This document shows, piece by piece, positions 1 to 11,238 of a stretch of 64,000 nucleotides of DNA. The stretch covers positions 24,306,001 through 24,370,000 of the forward strand of contig CM052817.1 of the NCBI GenBank assembly GCA_028534125.1. Reading direction: 5' to 3'. The translations under genes were made by a program, and so were the position numbers. Position 1 is the stretch's first letter, and every line of letters starts with the position of its first letter. The stretch comes from Lama glama. Its lineage: Eukaryota. Under the pieces are notes generated by a model. The model was not told the DNA's origin. It worked only from the letters and a program-made list of their open reading frames with translations, and ran no database searches.

Positions 1-559
1 AGGTAGGAATTTGAAGTGATCAACCAAAACTGATCTTAGAACAGGATTACAGGTAAATTATCTGATAACATAGGACTCATATTAAGTAAATATCTCTCTC
101 ACTCTTTAAATATAATGAAGAATTAATTCCTAAACAGTTTTGCCTAAGGAGAAAAGTATGTAACTAATAAATTTTCATTAATTTTTTAAGTTAGTACATT
201 TCAATCAATTGTTAAATCATATAGAATCTTAGTTGAAAGATATCATATCATAGGCAATGAATTGAGAAAATGTTTCTGTTTGTGCTAAATGGTTTACCTA
301 CATTTATGGTATATACTAAGTCAAAATTATGCACAATCATACATGTGTGCTACTAGTTGAAAATATTTTATATTTTGAGTTATATATTATAATTATAGTA
401 TTTGATAAAATATCAGGTTACTTAAACTCATACACTAAAGTATAGATTAACAATCTGAATTTCAAACTAAAAAAAATTTATGATTTCCACATTTTCTTCA
501 GTTGTACAAAGGTGAGAATATTCAGTGACTTAAATCAAATAGTTGTTTTAGAATCCTAC

Positions 560-1790
560 TATGCTGGTGNNNNNNNNNNNNNNNNNNNNNNNNNNNNNNN
601 NNNNNNNNNNNNNNNNNNNNNNNNNNNNNNNNNNNNNNNNNNNNNNNNNNNNNNNNNNNNNNNNNNNNNNNNNNNNNNNNNNNNNNNNNNNNNNNNNNNN
701 NNNNNNNNNNNNNNNNNNNNNNNNNNNNNNNNNNNNNNNNNNNNNNNNNNNNNNNNNNNNNNNNNNNNNNNNNNNNNNNNNNNNNNNNNNNNNNNNNNNN
801 NNNNNNNNNNNNNNNNNNNNNNNNNNNNNNNNNNNNNNNNNNNNNNNNNNNNNNNNNNNNNNNNNNNNNNNNNNNNNNNNNNNNNNNNNNNNNNNNNNNN
901 NNNNNNNNNNNNNNNNNNNNNNNNNNNNNNNNNNNNNNNNNNNNNNNNNNNNNNNNNNNNNNNNNNNNNNNNNNNNNNNNNNNNNNNNNNNNNNNNNNNN
1001 NNNNNNNNNNNNNNNNNNNNNNNNNNNNNNNNNNNNNNNNNNNNNNNNNNNNNNNNNNNNNNNNNNNNNAATGCAAAATTTTACAGCCACTTTGAAAGAT
1101 GGTTTGGTATGTGTTACAAAGTTAGACATAGTCTTACCATTTGATCTAGCAATCACACTTGTAGGTGTTTTCACAACTGAGTTGAAAATTTATGTACACA
1201 CAAAAACTTGCATACAAACATTTATAGCAACTTTATTTATAACCGCTCAAAACCGGAAACAATGAAAATGTCTTTCTTACTAGTAAATGGATAAACAAAT
1301 GGAATTTTATTCAGTTCTAAAAAGAAATGAGCTATCAAGCCATAAAAAGACATAAAGTAACATTAAATGTATATTGCTAAGTGAAAAAAGCTACAAATTT
1401 TGTGGTTCCAACTATATGACATTTTAGAAAATGCAAAACTGTAGAAATAGCAAAAGGATCAGTGATTGCCAGGGGTTCATTGGGCAGGGAAGAGAAAAGA
1501 AAAGATGAAGTATGGAGGACTTTTAAGGCAGTAAAAATATTATGTTTGACGCTGTAATATCAGATGACATGCATTTGTCAAATACCATAGAACTGTACAA
1601 TACAGAGTGAACCTTAAGACCATAGATTTTCGTTAATAACAGTGTATCAATAGTGATTCATTAATTGTAACAAATATACCACGATAATGTAAGATGTTAA
1701 TAATGGGGAAACTGTATGCAGGGAGGGGTATATGGGAATTCACTCTAATACTTGCTCAATTTTTCTGAAAATCAAATATAAAATAAGTGC
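560..1790 (+). mobile_element. LINE-1 3' end, L1MC-type (end of ORF2 plus 3' UTR), spanning gap 1
   Basis: 'tgctggtg..aatgcaaaattttacagccactttgaaag', 'gaactgtacaatacagagtgaacc' and 'gatgttaataatggggaaactg' match recalled L1MC 3' consensus. Confidence 0.85.
570..1069. other. Assembly gap (500 N)
   Basis: Run of exactly 500 N. Confidence 0.99.
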
Positions 1791-1799
1791 TACAACTAA

Positions 1800-2140
1800 A
1801 ACTGACAAAAGTAAGTTACATCAATTACATAAGCAATTCCCAAAAGTAAAGATGAAAAACCAGAAAATTTAGTAGAAAAATAGGCAAAAGTTACAATTAC
1901 AGGCAATTCATAGAAGGCGAATGCCAGAAAACTAACAAATAATATAGAGGTGCCTAAATTTGCTAGTATTAAGAATAATGCAGATTAAAACAACAGTGAA
2001 ATAACCCTGTATATCCTTTAAATGGGCAAACATTAGGAGATCAGATAATGGCAAGTTTTAAGATTGTAAGACAATAAGAACTGTAACACAGTACATTTAT
2101 GTAAATTAAAACACATAAATCCACAAAAGAACATTTCATA
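1800..2140 (+). mobile_element. Old LINE-1 ORF2 C-terminal fragment (L1ME-like)
   Basis: 'gtagaaaaataggcaaaag...aggcaattcatagaag...atgcagattaaaacaacagtgaaata' is a degenerate L1 ORF2 3' region. Confidence 0.6.
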
Positions 2141-2904
2141 CATTTATTTAAGGATACCTAGATATATGAAAACATCTAGTATACAGTTAGAGTGAATTTC
2201 TATGATGTGGAGGAAATGAGTCAGAAAGTAAAATGAAAAGAAAAAATAGCAAGTAAAACTAGAAAGAAGCATAGACCAATGATAATGCACCATGAACTTG
2301 AAGGATGTGATGAGTTCAACTCCACATCTGAGATCCAAATACTAAAATAGGAAAATTAAGGAAATACAGCAGAAAGCTTTGAGAACAATTGGAAATCGAG
2401 ACATATTATGTGATATATTCAAAGCAGCACAGGAAAGATATTTCTAAATGTCGCAGCACAAGCTGTTTCAATGAAAGTCATAAGAGTGAAGTTAAGATAG
2501 AAGCCAAGTAATCAATGATCAAAGCATGCAATGGTAGAGACAATGCCAAAGGCCTAGAAATCTCACAAAAAATGGAGAAAAAAGAAAGTTTAAAAGTTTG
2601 AAAGTTTAAATGGGGCATAAAAGTATAATGAAAAACTTTAAAATACCTTGATTCTGTTTTTACAGTGGAAATGTCCAGTGCTGGAGAATTATGTCAGAAA
2701 AAAAGAATTCAGGAAAAAAAATTATAAAAGTTGAAATTGTCTTTATTGATTAAAGTTGGCTAAGGATAAACTATACAAGAGTCTGAAGGGAAAATATAGA
2801 ATAGCAAAAGGTCTATTAGAAAAGATCAAGATAGAAGGTACATATAGAAATCATCCAAATCACTGAAATATAAGACACTCCACAATGCATAGGAGAGAGT
2901 AAGG

Positions 2905-3110
2905 GCAATATTGTGAAGTGGTTGACTAAACTTTTTCTTGTTGGAAAACTCAGACTTAGATTTTGAGCTTACCTCCACTCATTGGTCTTGAGCAAATACT
3001 TAAGTAATACTTACTTAAAGTTCAGTACTTCTTTAAATGGATGTTAGGAGAATTAAATGAAATAACACATATAAATTCCTGGCACATGATAAGTATCATT
3101 ACTAGCAGCA
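2905..3110 (+). mobile_element. MIR SINE
   Basis: 'cttgagcaaatacttaa...gttaggagaattaaatgaaataacacatataaa...cctggcacatgataagt' matches the MIR core and 3' end. Confidence 0.7.
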
Positions 3111-3217
3111 TCAGTACCCATTATTTATTTATCTTTCTTTTGCCCACAACACCTATTAGAGAGCATCTAGGAAATGTATAGATTTTCAAAAGGGAGATGA
3201 TCAATTATTATATTAAG

Positions 3218-3255
3218 GGTGGGTGGGTAGGTAGATAGATAGATAGATAGATAGA
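3218..3255. repeat. (GGGT)n-(AGAT)n microsatellite
   Basis: gggtgggtgggtaggtagatagatagatagatagatag seen directly. Confidence 0.9.
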
Positions 3256-3387
3256 ACATAAGAAATAATCTATGTTAAAGGATTATTTGAAGCAAATAAA
3301 GAAGTTAGAGTATCATTAAGAGGATAAAAGGCTACAGTCTCAGAAGTCAAAATTGAAGGAGGTGTGGAGAGAAAGCTGTTAATATCT

Positions 3388-4100
3388 GAGGGGTTCTGGA
3401 CCTAATTAGGATGTATGAGGGTGGGAGGGATTTTCCCCCACATCCAAGCAATTCTCCAACATCAGCTTAGTGTCCTACAATTCAACTCAGTTCTGACACT
3501 ATCTACCTGGAGATAGTGTCAGATCCCACAGGTTAAAGGCTCAGTCTTACAAGATTGCCCCCCACACATACTCACACACACTTCAGACACCAGTCACAAA
3601 CCCAAGTTGTCTTTTACCTATGTTTCTGAATGGCTATAGGATTGGAGATTCCATTGACCCTTTACTCAGGTTTGATTAATTTGCCAGAGTGGCTCACAGA
3701 ACTCAGAAATGTTTTTCTTAACTAGATTTTTCATGTATTATAAAAGACCATAACTCAGGGACAGCCCTATGGAAGAGATGCACAGGGAAAGATATGGGAG
3801 AAAGGCTTGGAACTTCCATGCCCTCCCCAGGTAGACCATTCTCCAAACCTCTTAGGGTTCACCAACATGGGAGATCTCTGAACCCCATCCTTTTGTGTTT
3901 TTATGGAGGCTTTATTAAATAGGCATGACTAAATGATTAAATCACTGGCCACTGGTGACTGGATTCCATCTCCAGCCCCTGTCCCCTCCTTTGATGTCAG
4001 GGGAATGGACCTGAAAGTTCTAACCTTCTGATCACATAGTTGGCTCCACTGGCAACCAGCCCCCAACCTTAGGTGGTGTCCAAAAGTCACATTCATTACA
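3388..4100 (-). mobile_element. MER21-family solo LTR
   Basis: 'tacaattcaactcagttctgacactatctacctggagatagtgtcagatcccacaggttaaaggctcagtc' matches the recalled reverse complement of MER21. Confidence 0.8.
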
Positions 4101-4129
4101 GTTTCATATGTTCTAATCAATTATGAAAG

Positions 4130-4295
4130 TTAGTTGTTGAGTATATGTGTCAAGAACAATCTTATGATGTGAATAGTATTATCCTGAGTTTACATGAAAG
4201 AAAATTAAGGCATAAAAAGAAATTTTCCCAGGGTCAACACAGCTTACTAGCAGACTAAGGATTACCCAGTTCCAAGTTGAGAGCTCCTTCAACTA
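4130..4295 (-). mobile_element. MIR SINE
   Basis: 'tattatcctgagtttacatgaaagaaaattaaggc...cccagggtcaacacagc' is the reverse-complement MIR core. Confidence 0.65.
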
Positions 4296-5739
4296 CATGA
4301 AATACGTTTTGTCATTAAGTGTTATTATTTGAATGTGTTCTTGTTAAACATTTTGTAGGATTAAGCCTGTCAATGATAGAAGAGTAATGCTGTATGAGGT
4401 AGAAGTTTGCCAGGAGTGCCAAGATTATTCACATTTGGATGCGTGGGTAGGAAAATTGAAGCAACATCTGCTTCCCCTCCATGGTCCAGTGCACAGAACT
4501 ATAAAAAATGAAAAAAAATTTTTTTAAATGAACAACCAGTCCCAAAGGAACCTCTGAAGGGAGAAGGCAGACTTTAAACTGAACCACAGAATTATTTCAA
4601 AGCTAATTAGAAGCTACAAATGTGGAAAAGAAAATTTCAATGCAGTATATTTAGAGCAAGGAAAGAATGAATTGGCAGACTGTATTCTATCCACAGCCAA
4701 ACTAGATTATCCAGCCTGGCACTACCCACCCTTTTGTTCAACTGTTTTTTTTTGACTAGCATGGCCTTTATTGCACTCATGAAGTAAAGTGAAGGAAAGA
4801 GCATAACTCTCCTCTCCAATCATTGCAAAATGCTCCCTTGAACTAGGCAATAATTACATGGAAAATTGTATCCAAAAGTTGAAACAGGTGGTGAAACCAT
4901 GGCTGAGTCATTGCCCATGGTCAATGAGAGCCTATGGAGTCAGAGGAGCCTTAGACAAAAATCGTACCAGCATCTCTTTTCAGTCCAGCCACTACTGACC
5001 CAGACTGTGGACCCACATAAAGGGGAAATGAAAATAGGAGGTTGAGAGATCTCTGTGGGACCACAGCCCTTGCTCACCATCCATGGTTTTATGTTCCGTC
5101 TGTGACAGGTGATTTGCTGACCACCACACTGCTTGAGTGTAAGTCCAAAGCCACCTTAAGTAGGCATCTATGGAAAGCATCATAGGAGCACTAAGGACTT
5201 TGGGAACTGCAGAAACTTCAACAGTGAAACATCTTACTCTTCTTCAGTATTTTTGTTCCACTAGTGATTGAAGAAAACAATTGTTAATTAGTCCTTCCTC
5301 TCACTCCTGCATGCCTAACCCAGAAACATTATCTCTGCTAAATTCAACCCACATTATTTACTTAGAGTAGAAAGGAAGAGAGCTTTTTCTTTGAAGCAAA
5401 TAAGTAATTACATTAAATTTTGTGCACTAAATTACAGGCTATGGGCTGCAATATACAAGTGTAAATAAATTAAATTATTAGCAAATATAATGTACACAAA
5501 AGAAAGGCAAAATGGAGTTGCTAAGGCCCTTTTTCAGGGCTGACAAAACACATTTATCCAGAGGTCAGCCTTATGACAATTTTGACTCTCTGTAGATAGG
5601 ATACGTAACTGGTTTGAACACTGAAATAATATTCATCACTAAGCACTTTACATACAATTCTATTTACCACAAGTTTATTGAGAACCCACTAGGTGCTTGA
5701 TGCTGGGGAGAAAATGTTTAATGAGACTTTAGCAGAGAC

Positions 5740-6407
5740 TGTAGTTGCTAACTAACTATAGTATCCTTCCAGCCCTTCCTCCTAAAATTTTGTTGAGCAC
5801 ATTGCTATCCATAGAAAAGACTACATTTCCAAGACTCCCTGGCTGCTTGGGATGACCATGTTACTGAATTCTGGCCAGTGAGATGTAAGAGATGTGGTAT
5901 AAAACTAATAAGCAATATTCTAAAAGGGAGGAGCTATATATTTTTCCATTTCTTTCTTCCTGCTATCAATTATAGTAAAGAAGTGGCTGGAGTTAGGAAG
6001 TGGCATTCAGGCCATTAAAACCATTCACTAAGATGCTAAAGGAGGAAGCTGATTTGTAGCATTAGGCTTCATGGGCCAGGAGGTCTCTTTCAAAGCTATT
6101 CAGCTGTGCCATTATAACTAAGAAGCAGCCATAAACAGTGCCTAAAAGAATGGATGTGTTCCACTAAAACTTTATTTACAAAACAGATTGCCAATACATT
6201 GACACTAGTTTACCAACCCAAGAAAAAAAGAGTAAAACGAGAAGATGGAAGGAATTTGCCAATGGAAAATATGTCATATAGCCCTTAGACTTCCTAACCT
6301 CCACACGTTCTTTCTATGAAAATAAATCCATTTCTACCTTTTTAAGGCTACTTTTATTGGAAGTGTTTCCCTATTACATAGAGTGAAAACTAAACCTAAG
6401 TATTACA
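5740..6407 (+). mobile_element. MLT1 (MaLR) solo LTR
   Basis: TG...CA ends. 'gactacatttccaagactccctggctgcttgggatgaccatgttactgaattctggccagtgagatgtaag' is typical of MLT1J-like LTRs. Confidence 0.75.
6055..6220 (+). mobile_element. MER58A (hAT-Charlie) DNA transposon
   Basis: 'gaagcagccataaacagt...gaatggatgtgttccactaaaactttatttacaaaacag...tagtttaccaaccc' matches recalled MER58A. Confidence 0.85.
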
Positions 6408-7849
6408 AATATAGGATTTCTGCATCAAAGTGTTAGAATTTTGTGGGTCAGTCTGGCAGTTAAACATTGAATTTCTGTACAGTATGGAGATTGTTATGGT
6501 GATAAAATCAAAGAATATAGAGAAGAGGTGTCAAATCTAAATGGGGAAATAGGCAGAATTAGGGAAGACTTTTTAGAGCAAGAGACAGTACAGATGAGTT
6601 TCAAAGATTAGCCAAATGAAGTTATCCAAATGAAGAAAATGGAAGAGAGTGTTCCAGAAAGCAGCAGCAGGATATGCAAACATCCCCAAGTGATCATGAA
6701 AGCCAGATCACGAGGAGCTTTATGTGACAAATAAAAGAATCTTATCTTTATCCTAAAGATATTGGTTCATCAAGGACTGCATCGGTGGAAGTGATTCTAT
6801 TAGGTTTGCATTTTAAGAATATCAGTTTGGCTGCAGGTGTGAGGGTGGTAGGAGATGGGGAGGACAGAAGGTAGAGAAATCAGTTGTGAAGGATTTGTAA
6901 TAATCCACAGAAATGAGAGTGGGCCTGGCTAAGGTGACAGTAGTAGATCTGGAAAGATGGGCTTGACTTGAGATTTAGAAAGTAGAATTTCTGATATGGG
7001 GATAGATTGGATTGAAGAAGTGGACGGTAAACAACAGAGAGAAGTTCCTTGTTCATCCCTCCAATGTTAGACCTTTTTCCATAACACCAAAAATTTAAAA
7101 CTTGAAATTAATGGTTTACCCAGTATTGCAGCCTCACAGAAGATCAGAAGTGGCAAACAGGAAAGGCTGTTGAGAGGGCTTTTAAAGGCTGCTAACCCAA
7201 CAAAAGTAGTGAGAGATGAGAGTCTGCTATTGAGAAAAGGGTCAAAGCTGTATGTGGACAAGGAAATTGACAAGAGTTCATAATTATTATCCTGGGACAT
7301 CTATAAATGCTAGAAATGCCTTCCATTACCTTCCGCTTAAGCAGGCAAGAAACCAAGCTATACATTTTAAAAATATACCATAATAAATATGTTTAAATGT
7401 TCAAGGTGTTGATGTTTCAAGAGGCAGTGTTCGTTTAACTGGAAATTTCACTTGTACGGTATATCTTACTCTCCAAAGAAGTTATCTAAATGAGGCATAC
7501 ATCTATTAATAGTCTTTTGCTAATTTAGGTTTTGAGTTCTCTAGCTGTTAATTGATTGTTTTTAATTTTTTCCCACTTTTCCTATTAAATAGTATGACTT
7601 TGGGGAATAGTGAAATGAATTAATTATATTGATGTGCTTAGAAGTGAAGAGCCAGAAAGGACCTTTAGAGGTCAAACAGCTGAAAGGTCCTCCCTCCTGC
7701 TGCCATTACTCTCTGTAGCCTGGATACTTGCTACTTATTCTTTAGTCACAGCTCTGGTTTTACTTCCCTCAGACTCAACTAAATCCATTGTGCTAATGCC
7801 TTACATTTCATTCGCCACATCATGTAATGGTCACCCATTAATGAGCCAA

Positions 7850-7970
7850 CTTCTTCAACTACGTGAATTTCTTCAGAGTAGGACAATGCTCAGTTGTCCT
7901 TAAAAGTCTGATGCAGCACAGTGCTTGGCACAAAACAGGTTCTCAATAAATGTGTATTAAATAAAGGCAT
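7850..7970 (+). mobile_element. L2 3' end
   Basis: 'agcacagtgcttggcacaaaacaggttctcaataaatgtgtattaaataaa'. Confidence 0.7.
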
Positions 7971-10436
7971 GAACTAAACCCTGCCTTTGCCTTCAACTAC
8001 AATTTTCTCTCAAGCCATCAATGGACAATTAGAATGCAGCCTATTTTGAAGGAAGGGGATATCATCATATTTATGCTTTATTACCGTAACTACTAAAAGC
8101 CAGCTACATGAATGATTAAAACATCAACCACATTTGCTTTCTCAAAACCTTTCATAGAACTCCAAGTGTCTGGTCCCACAATAGTTTCTTGGAAAATTTG
8201 GGGAACCCTTTGTGATCTATGAACTATGAAGAAACAGATCATATCCTAGTTCCCATTTTTTTTTCCAGGTTTTGCCATCTATCTTTGTTTTGCTTTTGTT
8301 TAGATTTCACAATGGGGCATTAAATTCTTCTTACTTCACATTGTGTGCTGACCCAGATTTTCCTAAAAAAATTCCTGTATTTTGCAACCTACTCCTTTTT
8401 TTTAATGAGGACACAACAAAAAAATGCATCCACTCACCTTAATTTTTTCTTCACCCTTAAAAGAGTCCCTTCAGAAGTGTACTTGAACTGCATAGCTGAG
8501 CTGACATTGCAGATCTAGCTAGCAATTCCATTTGTCCCATCTGAAATCATACTGGCAGAATTGCTGCCTGGAGGGATGGGAAAGGCAACATTTTGTAGAA
8601 GGTGATGTTCAAATACAGGTGTGTCTTAGTAGTGAGATACAGGTGATTTTTCCTTGAACACTGGACACTGTGGATGGTTGGTGATTAGTCCACAGTAATG
8701 TGCACTACAGTGTTTCCAAGTTCCCCTAACATCTTCTGTCTTAGTTTTGCCTACAGCATGCTCTAGCCATGCTTTTTAACCTTTCTTCCTAGATTCTCAC
8801 CCTAATTCTTCCATTGTTTTCCTTCTTTTTGCCTCTGGACCTAGCAAGAGATCAGACTGAGCAACATCTGTTCAGTGCCTACTTAACTGTATTACATTCT
8901 GAAAAGATAAGGAGGGAAAAACATCTTTCTGTCCCTTCCTCCGGGTAAACTGTTCACTGTCAAAAACAATTAAATTGGCATTTGGAGCAATTTCTCACTT
9001 TCACTTGTTATTAAATAGAACATTGTTGCCTGTCCAATGGAGTCAATTTAGAGAGATATAAACTTAGCCAAATTAGCTGTTTCCTTGTATGTCTTTAAGT
9101 CAACTGGTTCCAACAGTAGAGGAACCAGCACTGTATTCACAAAAGGTGTACATCAGCTGTAGGTTGATCTAGAAGTAATAAGGATGATGCTTGATACTGA
9201 TTATTTCCATTACTGGATAGATCTAGTTACTGCTTTAAGAGATGATAACATTTTTATGGAAACTATAACTTTCTTAAATATTTCCTCTAAAACAGTCTTT
9301 TTCTGTGTTTCTGGAAATCAGAATAGCTGTATATTGCCCTTTGTCTTTCTCTCATGTATATTTCTTAATGTCTTTTCTTATTTTTAATCTCCTTCTCTCT
9401 CTGAGAGGAAGTCTGTCACCAAGTTCTGCCACTGAAGTCCTTGCCCATCATCTCAGAACTATGTTAAGTCTCCAGCATAAATTCTGGACATTGGTTATAC
9501 ATGAAGAGTGCACCAGTGACATGGTTAAGAATGACTCAGAAAGTGAAGTCCAGATGCCATTCGATATAATGAAACAATCACATGTAGTACCTTAGACTGG
9601 ATCAATAGTGTTAACTATTATGAAAGTCATAAACTCTTCTGTAAAAATTAAGCATACAGTCATAAACATAAATAATATGGGGTCTTGATCTGGGATTCCA
9701 TATGCTAACAAAATTTAAATTAAAAAACCATGCTAAAAATTTGCTTTTACTCATCTGTGCCTATTAATTTTATCAATGTCACTAAAATCAGGCCATTTTT
9801 TTTACTAAAATTTATTATCTAGCTTGAAAAGATATTGATTATTAAATTAATTTGTGGGAAGGTAACTATATTTGACAAAGCAAATAAGATAGAAATATTA
9901 TGTTCCCCAACTCTTACTTTCTTAACCACCAAGTAAAGATCTGCACAAATATACTTGAACTGCTGAACTGAGATGATCTGTTTCTACTGAGAACTAAAAC
10001 AGTTAACATAATTCTTTTCTCTTTTGGTGGAGTGGGTAGCTCTGTGATAAATTTTTTATCATGTATAGCTAACTGTCTCTCCCCTGACTCCATCCACACC
10101 TTCAAAAATATTTGGAAATTAGAAACACAGAAGTTATTGTTATTAGTATGGCTTTAATGATGTCTATGAGCCAGACAGTCAATAATACTGTCTAGTGTCC
10201 ACTGTGGTCTTACAGTGCACTGACAATTTTACAAAAAGTAGGAGATAAACTCCCAATACCCTTTTTAATTTTCATTTTATACAGATAAGAATATTAAAGC
10301 CTAGAAGAAGAATGGACCCTGTATCCCACAGAACTATTAAAAGAAAAGCAGTGTATTTTAAGTGTACAATACAGATTCTATTATAGTATCATTGTTTATA
10401 GTATCATGGTATATTACATGTACCATTATTTATAGT

Positions 10437-10606
10437 TAGAATTGTTATATTTAGCAAATAAAAATAGAAAATATCCAGTTAAATTTAAATTTTGTGTAAG
10501 CAACAAATACATTTTTGCTATAAGTATATCCCAAATAGTGCATGGGATATATTTATGCTACTAAAAACGCATTTTTTAGATTTCCTGTAATTTACCTAGC
10601 AGTGCT
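10437..10606 (+). mobile_element. MER53 palindromic hAT MITE (internally deleted)
   Basis: 'tttagcaaataaaaatagaaaatatccagttaaatttaaatttt...tataagtatatcccaaatagtgcatgggatatatttat' matches recalled MER53; the central palindrome is retained. Confidence 0.85.
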
Positions 10607-10769
10607 ATTTATATATTATTGATTATCTCCATGTTACAGATGAGAAAATTGAAGTATAAAGTACCACCAAACCATTAAAGGAAGAGCAATGTGCATTAAG
10701 GCTATAACATTGATTCTGTTTGCCAGATGGTTGAAACCAGAGCTGTGGAGAAATTACGTCATGTCACTT

Positions 10770-11238
10770 CTAGTGGTGCTTAAACTTCACAAGGAGAGAT
10801 GGCTGTAACTTCGTAACATCTATGCCCATAGTTCTCTCAGGGCTGCAGACAGTTCCCAGCTCTATGAAAAGTTTACGACCACAAGGGCCTCTTCTCTCTG
10901 CTCGTCTTTTTCTCTGCCTGAGTGAGTGTTCTCTCCAGCACCTCAGGAGTTTGCCAGACTGCACTCAGATGCAACCTGGAAGTGCCAGGAATGCTTCTGT
11001 GAGCACTGATAAGGCAGTGGGAGAAAGAGGAGAGGAAAGAGATGACCAGCCTCCCCATCCTTGTAGAAGGTCACCTGAAGAATTGCTCCCTAAGGATTCA
11101 TAGTTATAATCCACCTCTCTTCTCCGTCCCTGCCTCCCTCCCTGCTTTCCTTTGCGCCTCCTAAGTGCACTAGCTAAAACCTTTATCAAGTAAGTCCTTG
11201 TCCCATGGACTGCTCTTCTAGGAACCCAAACCCAGACA
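10770..11238 (+). mobile_element. LTR16-like ERVL solo LTR
   Basis: Ends 'ctgctcttctaggaacccaaacccagaca', the LTR16-type U5 terminus; GC-richer than its flanks. Confidence 0.6.

Larger units (their letters stand above)
5640..7300 (-). mobile_element. L2 LINE 3' fragment(s), interrupted by MLT1
   Basis: 'caagtttattgagaacccactaggtgc' is an L2 tail. Purine-rich L2 sequence resumes at about 6410 ('agggaagactttttagag...', 'ttgcattttaagaatatcagtttggctgcag'). Confidence 0.7.

Noticed and set aside
512..1265. Long ORFs (180-238 aa) here and at 16857-17573 and 45204-45770
   Set aside because: Open only because they run through 500-N gaps.
7071..7283. Roughly 70-codon open + strand frame after an AG (TFFHNTKNLKLEINGLPSIAASQKIRSGK...)
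   Set aside because: No recognisable protein and no donor site; the sequence resembles a purine-rich L2 remnant.
9914..10105. Minus-strand ORF ending at AAA|GTAAGA, a possible exon
   Set aside because: Weak donor context, unrecognised peptide and no other support.
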